A DNA stretch of 64,000 nucleotides from Heterodontus francisci (GCF_036365525.1 NC_090414.1:23376721-23440720), one strand, 5' to 3'. Positions 14,071 to 29,492 are shown, numbered from the stretch's first letter. The notes: a model not told the origin generated them from the letters alone. Translations and numbers: made by a program.

Positions 14071-17000
14071 TCTAAGAATGGTTACTGGATATTAATCAAG
14101 AGTCAGAGCCTAATTCACTTTTCCCCTCCGTGGACCGTGACACAGAGACCAATTGCATTTTTCCATCAATGACTCAGTTGTTATCAGCTAGCTCAGCACA
14201 GACTGGGGATTAAACCTGGGATCTTACTGGTCTACACAGCTTATCCTCTTACTAGGCTTCATCCATGAAGGCAGTGAAAGAACAGTGACACTCCCCAGTT
14301 TGCATTTTCACCTGGAGCCCGTCTCTGCAGCCAGATCAAAATCAAGAGTCCGGCAGCAGTTTACAAGACCTGCCAAGAAAGTGAGTATCTGCTGCTGCCC
14401 AAACACTTAGATTTCTAAATGCAGCTGATGGCAAGAGAACCTTGCAATGCCACTCACTGGCTGCAGGTTTATTATATGAAAGTAGCTGGCAATATTTCAG
14501 AAGTGAACATATCAATAAATTATAATGGCATGTAAATTACAACAGAGCGCTCCATCCACATTAATTTCACAACTCCAAAGTAATATAACATATTCTTAAC
14601 ATACAATTTCCTCGTACTCAGCTGCTAATAATTCCTCCATAAATCTGCAGTAATTATGTCATAGACAATTTTTAAAATACTGTTTTATTAACTACACTGT
14701 CTTCAGCTAGCCATTTAGCACAAAAATCATTAACAGCACAGTACATCAAAAACTATAGCATACCCAAAAAAAATTAAAGGAGAATATATCAGATTGTGTG
14801 ATCACTCTTTATAATCATGATGAAGTATTACTGGAAAAAGACAGGAGACCTACAGAAAAAGAAAGAACTGCCATTGTTTTCTGTTCTGTCATGGGAGGCC
14901 ACATGGTTAAACTCATACATCTTTGATCCTGCATCTGAACAAATATTCAAGAATTAAACAATTTTCAGTGTTTATTCAAGGTTTTAAGGGATTCGCAAAT
15001 GGAATGCTCCATTACCCAAGAGAGTGGGTGGATATGACCTGCTCCCAGTGATTTTGACCCATCCACAAGCATCAGAGACAGGAATAAAAGTCTGTGAATG
15101 CTGGCTAAATATTTGAAATAAAAGCAGCAAATTCTGAAAATGCAATGGTCTATCAGCATCTGAAAGACAGGTTAATGTTTCAGGTGAGATCAGAAACCAG
15201 CACTGAAGAAGGGTCTCACCCAAAATGTTATCGGTCTTTTCCTCTTTCAGACATTGGGAGTACAAACTCAGTATTACCATCATGTTCTATATTTAGTTCA
15301 CAAGAATAGCCAAGACTAACTCAATCCCTTGATTTTTTCCCCTCCTTTCCTGTGGGAAAGTACCCTAACCTCTGATCAGTAAGTATCTCAGCTCCTCAGT
15401 TGTAGCAATGTTTGTAATTCACCATTAGGAAATAACAAGCATCAACCTACCATTCTTTGGCACTGTGCATGACAGCAACAAACTGTGCAACCTAATCCCA
15501 TCTCACAATCTTGGCATCATCTAATCACTACCTTTTCATTAATCATTACCTTTTTCTTCTATCCGATATTATTTTTCAATCTTGGTAATGTCCCACACTA
15601 TAAGCATTGGTTGCTCAGTCAGGTTACCCAGTTATAGGAACATTTATGGAACACTTGCTCAGGATTATAAAGGCAAAAAAATGCAAAGCTCTGTTGCCGA
15701 TGCACAGTTTCATCAGATCAGAAATAGGGCAACAACATTGTAACCCGAATTCTGCACCGATTTCGAAAGGCATTCGACCAGCAGCAAAGCCTCACAATTT
15801 CTGCCCTAATGTGTAAAATCGAAGAAAAATAACATGCGTTTTTTTACTTCATCAAAACCCAAGTTCATTATTAAAGAATCTTAAAGAAGCCCTTGTCACT
15901 ACTGCTGTTACTTTTAAAAATGAAGAAGGATTTATTCAGAATTCCAATTCCCCAGAGATCAGTGGGTACAACTCTCACTTCAAAGAAATATCTAAATAAA
16001 TGGAACACTTCAGACTGTTGCTGAAGTCCCACCCTCTCCAACGGATTAGTCGTGGAAACCTAAATGAAACCTTTTATTTCATCTCAAGTCTACATTGCCG
16101 ATGAGCAATGCTGAAGGCGTACATCAATGCTGGTGCTAAGCACACAGAGCAAAGCTCCACAAATAATTTGTGCAGGCAACAGGGACATGTTTCTTGGACT
16201 GCACACAGTTTAAAATTGCATTAACACACGTGAGGATTTCTGCGGAACTGCTAAATATAAAGTGGTCTGCAAAGTCTTTCAGGGATTATTTCGTACCTGT
16301 GCAAACAGCAACAAGATAATTCACAAATGTAAATTATCCCTCAGCAACAGGGTGTTCTGTAATTCATTTTATTCCCCGTTTATCTTATAGGAGGCACTTT
16401 CACAGCATAAACTATGCAGCAACAGTGCCATCAAAGACGTCAAAACCCTCCTCCTCAGGGGATTATTTAACTCTAAAAGGAGTGAAAGTGCTCTTGATGG
16501 CACAGGTAAATTGCTGTCTGTGGAGGCACTTGCTGCTGGATCTCCCATTTTGATCTGGTCCTGGACAGGTTACATGTTTGACATTGCTGGGTCTGTACAG
16601 ACCATGCTCCAACATTGTGGCCAGAACAATAAAAAGGTGCAAACATGACTTACTGCATGCATACACCAATTGTGCCAGTATTGCTGAATCCGTTTTGTAT
16701 AAACATGGAGAATGTGCGACCTTGATTTTTCAGATGTTAACCATCTGGAGACACCAAAGGTTAGATGTTACTCATACAATATTATGAACTGGAGACACAT
16801 CACCTAAGGCAGTTTCACACAGCTCTTAGCAGTTACTGGAACTTTTACATTGGTTCTTGTATTCCAGGAAGGCCATTGCTTAAATAGAAACCCACAATCT
16901 ATGAACAATATTCTTCCCTTTTACTGCATCTGTGAATCTTGTCAATCAGTTGGCCAACATTAAGGTTGGAACCATCTATGTCATTCAACTGTACTCTGAT

Positions 17001-17829
17001 GACATATGAAAAGGTTCCAGGCATCTTCAAAGGTAGTGTGACAACTTTCATATATGCATTTCTAGCACTGGCATAGGGGTAAGGCAGAGTTCGATGATTA
17101 TTGGGGCAAGTATGGGGATCACTGATGAATCCTGCAATCTGGCAGAAATGGAGAAAGAGGTCTCAAGATCTGGAGGGAGCCTTACAATCTAGGAATGGGA
17201 GTGTGTGGTTGGAAAAGAGGGTTTGTGGATTTGAGCAGGACTGGGGAACAGGTTTTGGAGCATTGCAGTGCATGCTCCAAACATTACCACTTTAATAATA
17301 AGTATCAGGCAGGCTGAGAGGCAGATCATGGGTATTTAAAAACATGCTAACAATTAAAGCTGGGTTTGTTTGAGTCTTTCCCTCTGGGTAACTCTTTGAC
17401 TGTTTCTCCCACAGTTTCTATCATTTTCTCCAACTATTTTGTACATGCATTTCTAAGTATGTGCACTTGTGACTTGTTGGTTTGATATAGTATGCAACAT
17501 CTAAAGCATGATGGAGACACCTAAAAACATAATAATGAAACTTATTTGCTGTTCCTTAATCTATTCATCCCCCTTGTGTTTATCACTTAATTTCAAAATC
17601 AAACACCTTTCAAAAAAGAAAAACAACTATCTGAACTGATAGCAGTCATCCATTCCTTTTGCTGTCTCTCAGATATACTATTATACTATTTAGTTCTTAC
17701 TATGGCCCAACAGTCTGAATTATTCACCACACCAAATCACTTGACTCATATCTGCCTTAACACTGTTCAAAGAGTAATGCACCACTATTAGAAACAATGT
17801 TACCCAAAGTAGAAAATAACTAATTGTTT

Positions 17830-19130
17830 GTACTAAAGGATTGACGAGGAAAGATTACACAAACTAGCTTGTATGTTAAGGAGTGATTTAATCAAAGTTT
17901 TCAGGGTATTCAGGGGAACAGATAGGGTAGAGATAAACTATTTCCGCTGGTTGGGGAGTTTAGGACTAGGGGCAGTGTCTAAAAATTAAAGCCAGACCTT
18001 CTACATGCTTCTACATGCAAAGGGTGGTAGAAGTTTGGAACTCTCTCCGCCACAAACAGCAAATGATGTTTGATGAATTGTAAATTTTAGGCCTGAGATC
18101 GATAGATTTTTGTTAACTATCTTGCAGACCCCCCACCTGCCAAGAATGAAGCATATTAATTTCATCATATGAACATTAATTTTAAACTGTTGCTGGAGTG
18201 AAGAAATGACTTGTTAAAGAGATCACCAGACATTTGGGCTGGAAGGACATCTGCATACTAAGAGACGCTGCTTGTGGAGACAAAGGACAATTCCCTGATC
18301 CAACGAATCCAAACGGATTTTGATCACCAGACATTGAAGGTGTAAGGAAGCGCATTCCAGGAACTGCTAAAATGATACAATCCACAAACGCAGGAGTGGT
18401 TAAGTCACATAACTAAACTGCTGGGCAACCTGGGGTTTTTTGATTTGTGCCACACAGAAAGGAACAGAAGGTAGTTTTGCAATTGAAGCTGGAACAAGCT
18501 TCTCTCCTGGCTGTCTCTCTCTCGCCTTCTCCTAAGCCACCAGACCCATGGAAGACACATACACCTCAAGAGAGAAAAGACTCCGACATCGAAACAAGTT
18601 GAAGCATGAACTGGGCCCCAATGAATAGCAGGACATACCGGCAACCAAAGACTTCACACTGAACTCAAAGGACATAAATAACTAACAGATTTTGCCTCAA
18701 ACTTTTACCCTTTATTCTTCCTCTTTTTTTCTGTCTCTATCTGCGTGTGTGTTTATCGCATATACATGCTAGCGTGGTCGTTATTCATAGTTGTTAACAG
18801 GATTAGAGTTTAAGATTAATAAACTTCTACCTTTCTTGTTTAAATCTAAGGAAACCTGTCTGATTTAATTGCCTTACAATTGGAGCAATGAACAAGGATT
18901 CACTGAAGGGGGAGCTAAAAACACGGTGTTTCTAAAATTAAACCCTGTTACTGTTAAACCAGGCAAAAGTTGAGAGGGAACCCCTAAGACCCCTTCTCAC
19001 CTGGTCGTAACAGAACCAAAGGTATTAAGGGTTATGGAGCAAAGGCGAGGATATGGAGTTAGGTCACGGATCAGCCATGATCTCAATGAATGACAGAACA
19101 GGCTCGGGGGGCTGAATGGCCTCCTCCTAT
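17830..19130 (+). mobile_element. CR1 3' end, host of the 18118 solo LTR
   Basis: GAGTGATTTAATCAAAGTTTTC...GGGTGGTAGAAGTTTGGAACTCTCT...GGGCTGAATGGCCTCCTCC tail. Confidence 0.75.
18118..19012 (+). mobile_element. Solo LTR (Gypsy-like) inserted in a CR1 3' end
   Basis: Splits the CR1 motif TTTGTTAAC|CAAAGGTATTAAGG. Ends ...GTCGTAACA; AATAAA at ~18817; near-match 4-bp TSD TAAC/GAAC. Confidence 0.7.
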
Positions 19131-20869
19131 ATTCCGATATTTTAATACTCATTTTCCAGGTGGCGCCACATCTCTTATCCAACATTCCACCTCACCAAGA
19201 AAATAGTTCCTTTTTGGTGATAATGAAAAATGGGCATCAAATGAATTTTCATGTCAAATATTCAGCAAACTAATAAAAATATATATATTATCCACTTATT
19301 TTGAAAAAGTTATTTTTTCTATTTTTCAGTTAAACAAAAGTAAATAAGACATACAGTACTCATTGTAATTGAAAAATTCAACAAATTCTAGAGGAAAAAA
19401 ATGTTAAAAATGTAACTAACTCTAAAAAAAGAGACACTTTCTAAATGGATGGTAATAGGCAAAACAGTTACTTTGTCTTCTTACAAAGGCTTTCCAGTAT
19501 AACTACAGATACATGCCTGTTAAAGTCAGCCGCACACATTGTTAAAGAGTAGGGGGTCCAATAAATCCTGAATGACACCGGAAGAGGGAACTTTGTTGTG
19601 ATGTGCTGAAGCTGAACGCACTCTCAGTTCATTGTGCGTAACCCTCAGCATCCCTCGTTTTTTAATTAAAAGGGCTTTAAATGCAGTGACATCTGCACTT
19701 AGTCTTTCAAGCCCCTCAATAGCCATCACATCGTTAACCATCTGTATAGCATTAGCCCTGTCATGCCCATTATTTTGCTACAACCCTTTTCTCAAATTCA
19801 ACCAATTGAACCCAGCTCACAGGACTATAGGTCCAAGGTCCCCTGATCTTTTAATCCTTCACCGTTTGCCATCAGCAATTTTTTTTTTTAAGCACGCCCA
19901 ATTCAACAACAGAAGAGGAAGTTCTTATTTGCTCAGGACCTGTTTTTTTCCATGACTTTGAAGAAGAAACTACTTATTTATAAACCGTTGTGATAATGGT
20001 ATTCATGCCACCAAATCTGGGAAATAAATTAACATTCCTTTCATCTGATTTCTGATTTTATCTTTTTTTAATGGTTTTAGCCAACTCCCAATTGAATTTT
20101 CAGAGCAGGAACATCCCCAAGAACCGGAGATGCACAAGAATTAATTCCTTCCCCCACAATGCACAATAACTTCCCTCCGGATGGGAACGAAGCGAACACT
20201 CACTTAACTTGCCTTTTGGTGTAAATGAACTAGAAATTGTCATTTCTGTTCAATTAGAAACATGGTCCAGTTCATTTATACCTTCTTTACACTTAGATAA
20301 AGGGTTACACTGCCTTGGAAATCAGGGACATGGATGTAGGGTTAGGGAACTGATGAAGCATGACAAATCAGAGATTAAATTTCAAGTTACAATTTGAAAT
20401 AAGTATATTCAATGCATCATCAGCATAACATGCTTTGCAATCTTTTAAGTGCCGTGATGATTCATCCAAATAAGCAAACTTTGAACCTGATGATTAAACA
20501 TATATATAAAAAGATAAATCATACATACAGAAAATCATGACTGAATATTTAAAACAAATAGCTAATTTATGTATTGATGTAGGCAATCATGGACTCTCAT
20601 ATGTACCAATTCTCGAATTCAGCCATATAACTGGAAAAATCTGGCACTTCCCCACAGAATGGGAGAGAAAACAAAATCTCAGTTCATCAATGCACACCAC
20701 TTTCTTTTGCGTTTTCCACCTAGGCAGGGAGGAAATGAAAGCCCCATTAACAGAAACCTGTTGCCTGCCTGTCCTCTCAGCCAAATAATTCAGTTTCTGC
20801 TTCTTTTCTTAGTCCCTGTGTTTTTCTCTCTTTCACTTAGGAAAATCTCACAGTAAATTACAAGATGAT

Positions 20870-21960
20870 TACACATGAGAAGGGACCTTTAGATCATTTT
20901 AATTCATCCGTCCAGAAAGACCCAAAGTCACCCAATTGCAGTACCCAATCATTTCTTAAATGATTCCAAGGTTTTCAACTCCACTGCTCCGCCTCGCGTC
21001 CATTCCTTCTGCGAATTATAAATTCCTCACATCCGCCATAAATTTACCTTTTACTAATTTAAACCTGTGTTACCCTGTACTACTATCACAATTTAATTTT
21101 AATATCCCAGGGTTTCCTTTTCCACACACTTAATCCTTATAAATTTGAGGTGCAGAGTACATTTCCTGTGCCTGAATGGTGAGGCCCAACACTCCACCAA
21201 TATTGGGCATCGAGCATCATTTCAATGCAGGCAGCCAAGTGCAAGATGGGGCAATTGCTGGCATTGCAGAAGCTTTCAGGCTTTGGAGTCCTTCGACCAC
21301 CTACCTAACCTATTTGTAAATGTTTAAGTCAGTCTCCGCTTCAAAAACTAACATTCCACAGTCTCATAATCCTGTGTAAAAAAAAGTTTCACCTGCCTTG
21401 TTGTAGACTCCTCAATTACTGCAAGTAGTCTGTTTCTAGCTGCTCTGTTCCAATTGGCTTTATTTCCACCCAATAATCTCCACTGTTCTAAAGAAAACAG
21501 CCCTGAGTTATGCATATTTGTATTTCTTCATACTAGGCAGCATCCTAGTGAATCTGCATTGTACCTTTTCCATTGCCTCTACATTCTTCCTACAGTAGGG
21601 AGCCCAAAACTGCACAAAGTACTTCAAACCCCGTTTCACTGAAGTTTTACATACATTTAGCATTACATCCTGATTTTAATATTCTATACCTATTGCCATA
21701 AAACCCACTAATCCAGCAGCTTTTTAAAATTCCTTTATCCATAGAAATCCCAAATTTTTCTGCTCTTCCACAAAATCCAGCCTTTTCCCATTCAAAGTAT
21801 TACTCCTTTTTTAACCACCTCACACTTACTAAATTCCATCTACCACTTTTCTGCCCACTCCACATATTCTTATTTGCTTGGAGCTTTCTTTGGTCCTCAA
21901 AGTTATTTCCTATGCCTCCTACTTTACTATCCTCTGCAAAGTCGGACATAAAATGCAAGA
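20870..21960 (-). mobile_element. Old CR1 fragments
   Basis: SDFAEDSKVGG...KLQAN and other CR1 3'-region similarity; highly decayed. Confidence 0.6.
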
Positions 21961-22739
21961 TGAAGGGATATCTGAGGGAAATAAGGAGGTTCACAGTTTT
22001 GAGGTCCTGGGAAAGAATGAGTTAAGGATAAGAGACTGTTTGATAGCAAAATACTGAGAATACTGGAAATCTAAAATATTAAGAGAAAACACTGGTAATA
22101 CTCAGCAGGTCAGGCAGCATCTATGGAGAGAGATACTTAAAGCCTCATTTGATCCGTGCCTTCCTGTTTTCCATTTCAAGCTTATGTTATTGTTGGAGGT
22201 AAAATTAGACAAGACAACACAAGAGCCTGTAGTGCTTTGCAATTTTGCTGCATCGCTTGTCAAATAGGGTTTCTCCCTTACAATGGAAAACCCATCTCTA
22301 CCTTAAAATATATATTTTTAAAAACACATTAAAATAAAGAATAGAAAATAGCTTTGAACTGCTTGTCTGCACTTCAAAACAGCATTTGATATTTACAGCA
22401 AACAGTGGGAAAAGGCCTTGACAAGCTTTGGGGAGCATATAAAAAGGCCTGCTCTCAGCGACACTTCTATTGTTGTTTTGCAGGACTTAAAACATTAACC
22501 ATGACTGAGCAGCAACATCTACAAAAGATTACTGTTCTACTGCTGATGGTACTTGGTAAAAAAAATTAAGGGATGTTTTACGACATTAAAGGTGCTATGT
22601 AAATGCAAGTTGTTTAATTCAATTTTCTTCAGATCTATATGCTTAATAAATATGTGATTTAACATACCATATATATGTTTATTTTTAGTATTTATTTCTT
22701 GTGGTCCAGAAAAAAATACAATTACAACATAGAAAATAT

Positions 22740-23470
22740 ATTCTAGGATGCTTCACGGAGCTATAATCAGACAAAAATGGATATCAGGAGGGGTAATCAA
22801 AAGCTTGGTCAAAGAGGGTGAGTTTTCAGGAGGGTCTTAAAAGGTGGAGAAGCAGAGTGGTTTAGGGAGACTATTTCAGAGAATGGCGCCTTGATGGATG
22901 ATGGCACAGATGGCAATGGTGAGGCAAAGAGAAGGGGCATGCCCAAGGAGCCAAAGTTAGAAAAATTGAGAATTCTGGGGGAGTTGTAGAGCTGGAGGAG
23001 GTTACAGAGATAGATAGAAGGAAGACCATGAAGGGATTAAAACACGAAGCTGAGAAATTTAAATTGGAGGCCTAGGGGACAGGGAGCCAATGTAGGTCTG
23101 TAAGCAGTGATGGATGAGTGGGATTTGGTGTTGGACAGGATATGGAAAGCAGAGTTTTGGTTTAGGTGATGTTTAGAGCATGGAGGATGCGAGGCTGGCA
23201 AGGAGAGCATTGAAATAGTTGAGTCTGGTGGTGAAAAAGGCACAGTTAAAAATTTCAGCAGCTGATGGTCTGGGGCAGGGGCTAAAGTGGGCAATGTTAC
23301 AGAAGTGTAAGTAGGTAGTCTGTGGAACGGAGAGGATATAGAGGGGGGTCAGAAACTCAACTTGCCCATGTCTTTGAATAAAGTTGCCAAGGGGCAGAAC
23401 ATAGATGAAGAGGAGGGGAAGACTTCAGAGGTAACATTGCGGGGTGGAGAGAGGAGCCACTGCTGGAGAT
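22740..23470 (-). mobile_element. Old L2 fragment
   Basis: Purine-rich plus strand; QNSAFHILSNTKSHSSIT...LQFKFL resembles the L2 ORF2 C-terminus. Confidence 0.65.
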
Positions 23471-25294
23471 ACAATTGGAAAGAAATTGTTCTTGAAATGA
23501 ACATGTTTTTCCTTTTATGATAACGTTCTAAGAATTATGTTAGCAAGTTGTGGGTGTAATAATAGGATACCTATTAAAATTGACAAGCTTTTTGTTTGCT
23601 TTTTTGCAGCAAAATGCTGCTACATCAGTATCTTGCGTGTTATTATTTTTCAATTTTAATTATATGCTGCCCAGAAGTTGTTAGCAGCTTCTGTATTATT
23701 TTCCTGCCACTTTTCACTGTTACAGTTTCTTTAAGATATAAACACGTAGACCACACAGTAACGGTCCTCAGAAACTCGATCAATCCACAACAGAATCCAT
23801 GTTCTTTCTCAACGGAGCTTGGTTAAGCTGTCACAAAAACTGGTCTAGAGGTAGCATGGAATTGTAAAAAACAGTAATGAATGAGCTTCAGTTTCTTTTT
23901 TTAAAAATCCTCCTTCTGTCAATCTTCCCTCTCTTTTCTGGGTTAGAGCACCGTGGAATCATCCAGTTTCTGGCAGCTTGTCCGAACAATCATTTTTCAC
24001 ATGCAAGCTTAGACAATGAGAATCAGCAGGATAAGCTCTCACTTGGTTTCTAGCATGCATCAAAGTATAATAGACCAGAAACAGGAAACCTAGATGAATT
24101 TCTCACTAGCCCAGTAATGCAGAAGACAACTGTAATGTACTTACTATCACCCCGATTGAGATCAGCTAATGCAGCACAGTCTGCTTATCTTATCTGGGCC
24201 ATTCCTGGTCTGGATAGCGCAACCACTCACTACCTTAAACAGCTGAGCCATCAGGGGAGCCTGGCACATACATCTGGCACATTGCAGCCTTAATACAAAT
24301 GTCAAATCCTATTTGCAGACATATTGCGGAAAGGAGAATTGGGTCTCAGGGATTCACTGAAAACACTTAACAGATCAAATGGAAAAATACATGACAAAAG
24401 GTATGGTAAATAGTCCTGAAGCTATCCAAGCAGGCTCACAAATATTCAGCAGCATAAAGTCTACTGCCGTAGGCAAAACAAGCTAGTAAGAAAGCGAGCA
24501 GGAACTCTGGGATGGAATAATCATTTTCAAATTATCATTTTTGAGACACACACATCTGTAGTCAAGAAGTAAAAATAGAAAATCACCAAAGTGCACAAGA
24601 GATCCTCAGTCTGACTTTACCTTTCAGATGTTGATCAAGGGAAAAATGTGGAGAAATAATTTACACAACAAGTTGTTCTGATTTGCAATGCATTGCCTGA
24701 AAGGGTGTTGGAAGCAGATACAATTAATTCAAAATAACAGGGAGTGGGACCAACGGAAGAGATTTTTCAAAGAGCCAGTGCAGATACAAGGGCAGAATGG
24801 CCTCCTTTCAAGCCATAAGATTCCAAGTAACTATGTTACTGTGAATTTTCAGAATTTTGTATTTTTTTCATATTTTCCACGCTAACATCCCTCAACTTGA
24901 TGAGCGCAAAAAACATTTTAAAAAGAGTAATCTGGACTGAGATAATGGCGAGAGTCAATCGGGAGCAGACATTAAGCAGCAGATGAAAACACAAATCCCT
25001 TCAAAGTATTTCTCACCAAGAAATCAATTTTGAAAGTTACCAAAAATTGTAATTCTACTGTAACCATAGAAGACGTTAGTTTGGGGGGGGGGGGGCGGAG
25101 GGGCGGGGGGGAACAGTGTTAAATAAGGTACTGAAACAGGATAATTACTAAAATGCAAACAGTTGAAGCTGAAGGGCCCCTGCTTGTTGCTCACACCGTA
25201 AGTCTCAGTGACTGATTCCAACATGTTAAGGTCATCAATACTCACTATTTAAAAAATATATATTCTTGTAACAACATTGAAGTACTTGCTGGTA

Positions 25295-25752
25295 AAGAAA
25301 GACTTGCATTTATATAACACCTTTCACACCCTCAGGACATTCCAAAGCGCTTCACAGTCACGAAGTACTTTCTGAAGTGTAGTTACTGTTGTAATGTAGG
25401 AAACACAGCAGCCAATTTGCACACAGCAAGATCCCACAAACAACAATGTGATCATGACCAGATAATATGTTTTTGATATGTTGATTGAAGGATAAATATT
25501 GACTAGGATACTGGGTAGAACTCACTTGCTCTTATGTTAAATAGTGCCATGGGATCTTTCACAACCACCTTAAAAAACAGACAGGGCCCCAGTTTAACAT
25601 CTCATCTGATAGAGGGCACTTACCGACAGTGCAGCACTCCCTCAGTACTACACTGGGTGTGTCAGCCTAGATTTTGTGCTTAAGTCTCTGGAGTGGGACT
25701 TAAACCCATAACCTTCTGCCTCAGAGGCAACAGTGATATCAATTGAACCAAA
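25295..25752 (-). mobile_element. DeuSINE (SacSINE1-like)
   Basis: tRNA-like head (CTCTGAGGCAGAAGGTTATGGGTTTAAGTCCCACTCCAGA) and Deu domain (ATTGTTGTTTGTGGGATCTTGCTGTGTGCAAATTGGCTGC...CAACAGTAACTACACTTCA). Confidence 0.8.
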
Positions 25753-28741
25753 GCAGGCACTTTTATGCTTTGATCATTACATTCCACATGCCGATACATT
25801 ACATCAAGCATTTCTTCCCTCTCCATCTCCCCATCAGAAATGCCTTAGACAAAACCTAAGTGTGTGTGTATGTGTGCATAAAGAAGGTTGTGCACAGCTT
25901 GCTGTGTGTGTGCACGGACTGCACAGGGCCTAACAAGGTTCCATTCTTGCTGCGTATTTCGGAGCCATTACTTGCAGAGTAACTGTTCTGGGTTACCGTG
26001 CAAAGAATCTCTAAATGTGTTAATAAAAATGAAATGCGCGTGAAAGAATCCATTTCTTCGAACCTGCCTTTAATTTCCCCAAATGGCGAGGGACTCTGGA
26101 TGCCAATTACTATGCAACCACCTCACACTACATTTGCACAGGTGATGATTTATAGCAGACCTCGATACATTTTCTGTCTTGACATTTTGCACTTCTATAA
26201 TCACTGAAAAAAATAATGGTCTTGAGAACAGGATGGTTTAGAATTTGAAAAGAGTAATACAGGGCCAGCCAAGGGAATGGTACTTTTTTTTGTCAGTTCA
26301 ACAGCACCACCAGCAGGCATTTGACAGTATTTCCATCATTTGGAACAATATTCCAAACGTTTCTGAAATTAATACATTCAAAAAAAGAGGAAAAGATTGA
26401 AAACAGAAGCCAAACGAGAAGCATAAGGAGACTAAGCTTAAATTAAAATAACACCTGCGATAGTAATGAACAGAACAGAAAGCAATAAAAGATTTTGGGT
26501 AACCAGAGGTTAAGTTCAGACCAATAAACTGAAACTGTCAAGCATATTTTAGATTAGATGTTAAGAGTAGAGAGCACATAACATATGGAAACCAATGTTG
26601 AAATTTCTTTTGAAAGACATAAAAGCATGGTGACCTCTACAGGTAGAACGAGGATGCAACAAGAACCTGAGAGGGGTGTAAGTATAATGGGAGACCAAAA
26701 AAAATTGAAACAACTGAAAATAAGATGGGGACAGGAGGTGGTCATTTTGCCCCCAAGCCTGGCCCACCATTTTATCAGATCAGGGCTGATCTATACCTCA
26801 AGTCCATTTACCTGCCTTTGCTTCACATCCCTTTATACCTTTACCTGACAAAAATCTCTCCCTCAGTCTTGAAGGCTCCAATTGTTCCAGCATTCTTGGA
26901 AAGAATTTTCTTGTTTTCTGCTACTCTTTGTTTGTGATAAAGTACTTCACGATTTCCTTGCTGAACGGCCTAGCTCCATGGATAGAAACATAGAGACAAG
27001 CAGGAAAATATGGTTTACAAGAAAGGGTATTCAGAGAAGAGAAATGGGTAAAGGATGCTGGGCAATATCTCACAGAATTGGCATAAGCAGAAAACCTTCA
27101 CATGCTGAAAATCAGAGATAAAATTACAATGCTGAAAACGGAAAACACTCAATCTGGTCATTATTTGCTTTTCAGAGATAGGTGCATTAAAGTAGTGTAG
27201 ATTTTTTAATTGATATTTTTAAAGTTTCATCTTAAATTAATGAGTTAGCAGCCCTGGGTTATGTGTATTCTACAGCTCTATAGAATTCCTCGCTTAAAGT
27301 GCCTAGGAGAGGCTTGATGCTTTACTGTAAAATTCAAGACATGGTCATTCCAGGAGTTGCTTCTATGGACCTCCGAGTGAACAGTTTTAGAGCGGTGCAG
27401 AAGGAGCCCTGGGAGCAGATTGCCTGATCAGCCTCGTGCCCACGTAGCTTGGACAGAAAAAAAACAATGTCTCCCTCACAAAAAGGATGCTGAAAACAAT
27501 GACTGAGGCACCCTCTCTCAGAAAATCTGCTATCTGTCAAGTGGTAACAGATTGGTACAGCCATGGAATAGTGAGACTGAAGATCTGACAAATGATGTTG
27601 CGTTGAGAAAAACAGTGATGAATGCCGCAAGTGATAGTAAAATGAATGAAATACTGTCATTTGTATTCATTACTGCTCACAATTTCTCTTTTTGGTGACA
27701 GTACCAATTGCAATTATAATATTATTTCTGGTCAGGTTAGCAGAATTGCACAGAAATAACCCATGTACTCCAACTCTATTATCAGTTTCAATCTTATCCA
27801 ACAGAAATGTTGAAAATGAATAAGTCAGTCAATGCCTGAAATAAAGAGAGAGAGACACACACACATCAATGTTTCAGATGGAAGCCAGGTTTGGGCAGCC
27901 TGAAATACTTTCCATCTCCAGCTTTTGCTGTTGTGATTTCAGATTTTTAGCATGTGTGGTTTTTCTCCTTATCCCAACTTTGCTAATATGGCCCAGCACC
28001 GATTCTCCATTCCTCCTCTCCTTTCAGTAGCCTTTTTTTAAAAGAATCTTTCATGGGATGAGAACATCGCTGACAAGGCCAGGATTTGTTGCCCACCCTT
28101 AATAGCTCTTGAGAAGTTGGTGGTGAGCTGCCTTCCTGAATTGCTGCAGTCAATCTGGTGTAGGTACACCCACAGTGCTGTTAGAGAGTGAGTTCCAGGA
28201 TTTTGACCCAGCGCCAGTGAAGGAACGGTGATACATTTCCAAGTCAGAATGGTGTGTGACTTGGAGGGGAACTTGCAAGTGGTGGTGTTCCCAGCATCTG
28301 CTACCCTTGTCCTTCTAGGTAGTAGAGGTTGCAGGTTTGAAAGGTGCTGTTGTAGGAGCCTTGGTGAATTGCCATGGTTCAGCTGGTAGCACCCTCACCT
28401 CTGAGTCAGGAAGTTGTGGGTTCAAGTCTCACTCCAGAATTTAGTCACAACATTCTAGGCTGACACTCCAGTGCTGAGGGAGTGCAGTGCTCTGCTCTAT
28501 CTGCCCTTGCAGGTGGATGTTAAAGATCCCTTTGCACAAACCATGGTTTCCAGCATGTCCTCTGCATTTCTATCCCTTTGGCAGTCCATTTCAGGTTCTA
28601 TTCCTCCATTATCTTTCTCAACCATGTAAGGTTCTTGTTGCTTTCTCTTTCAAATGAAGAGGTTGTCTTGTTTCCACAAGCCTTTCAAAAAAACTGTGAG
28701 TAACTTCAACATCCCTTTGATTTTCAATCTATAATTTGCAA

Positions 28742-29492
28742 TCTATAGATGATTTTTGAAAACGGAGGCTAGGTCTCAATTATTCGGTGGTAATGTACAA
28801 TGTGGTACCAATTTATCAAGTTCCAGCCCTGGTCTGTGCTAGTGACACGACTGATCTCAGTGCCTCAGTTTAGGGAAGGAGATCTCTGTATAGCATTCAG
28901 GTGTGGGAACCATGACTGAATTTTCCCTTTCCTAACCCAGGGACACTCAGACAAGTATTGTATACCTACCACCATCCTAAATGGAATCAGCACAAGCTTA
29001 TTCCTAGTCAGTGCTGAGTTGGCTGATCACAGCTTGGATAGTAGAGAGGGTGCCACAATTCACCTCAGTGATCCTCCGTCAGGGACAGGGGGAAAGGTTT
29101 TCCAAGATTCCTACTGCCATTCTGTGACATCTGCTCAGATATACACACAAAGGGCGGCATAGTGGCACAGTGGTTAGCACCGCAGCCTCACAGCTCCAGC
29201 GACCCGGGTTCAATTCTGGGTACTGCCTGTGTGGAGTTTGCAAATTCTCCCTGTCTCTGCGTGGGTTTTCTCCGGGTACTCCGGTTTCGTCCCACAGCCA
29301 AAAAAGACTTGCAGGTTGATAGGTAAATTGGCCATTATAAATTGCCCCTAGTATAGGTAGGTGGTAGGGAAATATAAGGACAGGTGGAGATGTTGTAGGA
29401 ATATGGGATTAGTGTAGGATTAGTATAAATGGGTGGTTGATGGTCGGCACAGACTCGGTGGGCCGAAGGGCCTGTTTCAGTGCTGTATCTCT
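28742..29492 (+). repeat. Left arm of a 751-bp inverted duplication (partner 46672-47422)
   Basis: Reverse complement of 46672-47422 with no net indel; about 2 mismatches seen in the 410-bp non-SINE part. Confidence 0.93.

Noticed and set aside
19526-19955. Overlapping ORFs as a novel gene
   Set aside because: The minus frame has SGVIQDLLDPLLFN, resembling an eroded LINE RT motif; too decayed to call, and no splice support.
25082-25111. G-rich tract as a functional G-quadruplex (also the C-tract at 3569-3590)
   Set aside because: Simple homopolymer runs, prone to sequencing error, with no contextual evidence of function.
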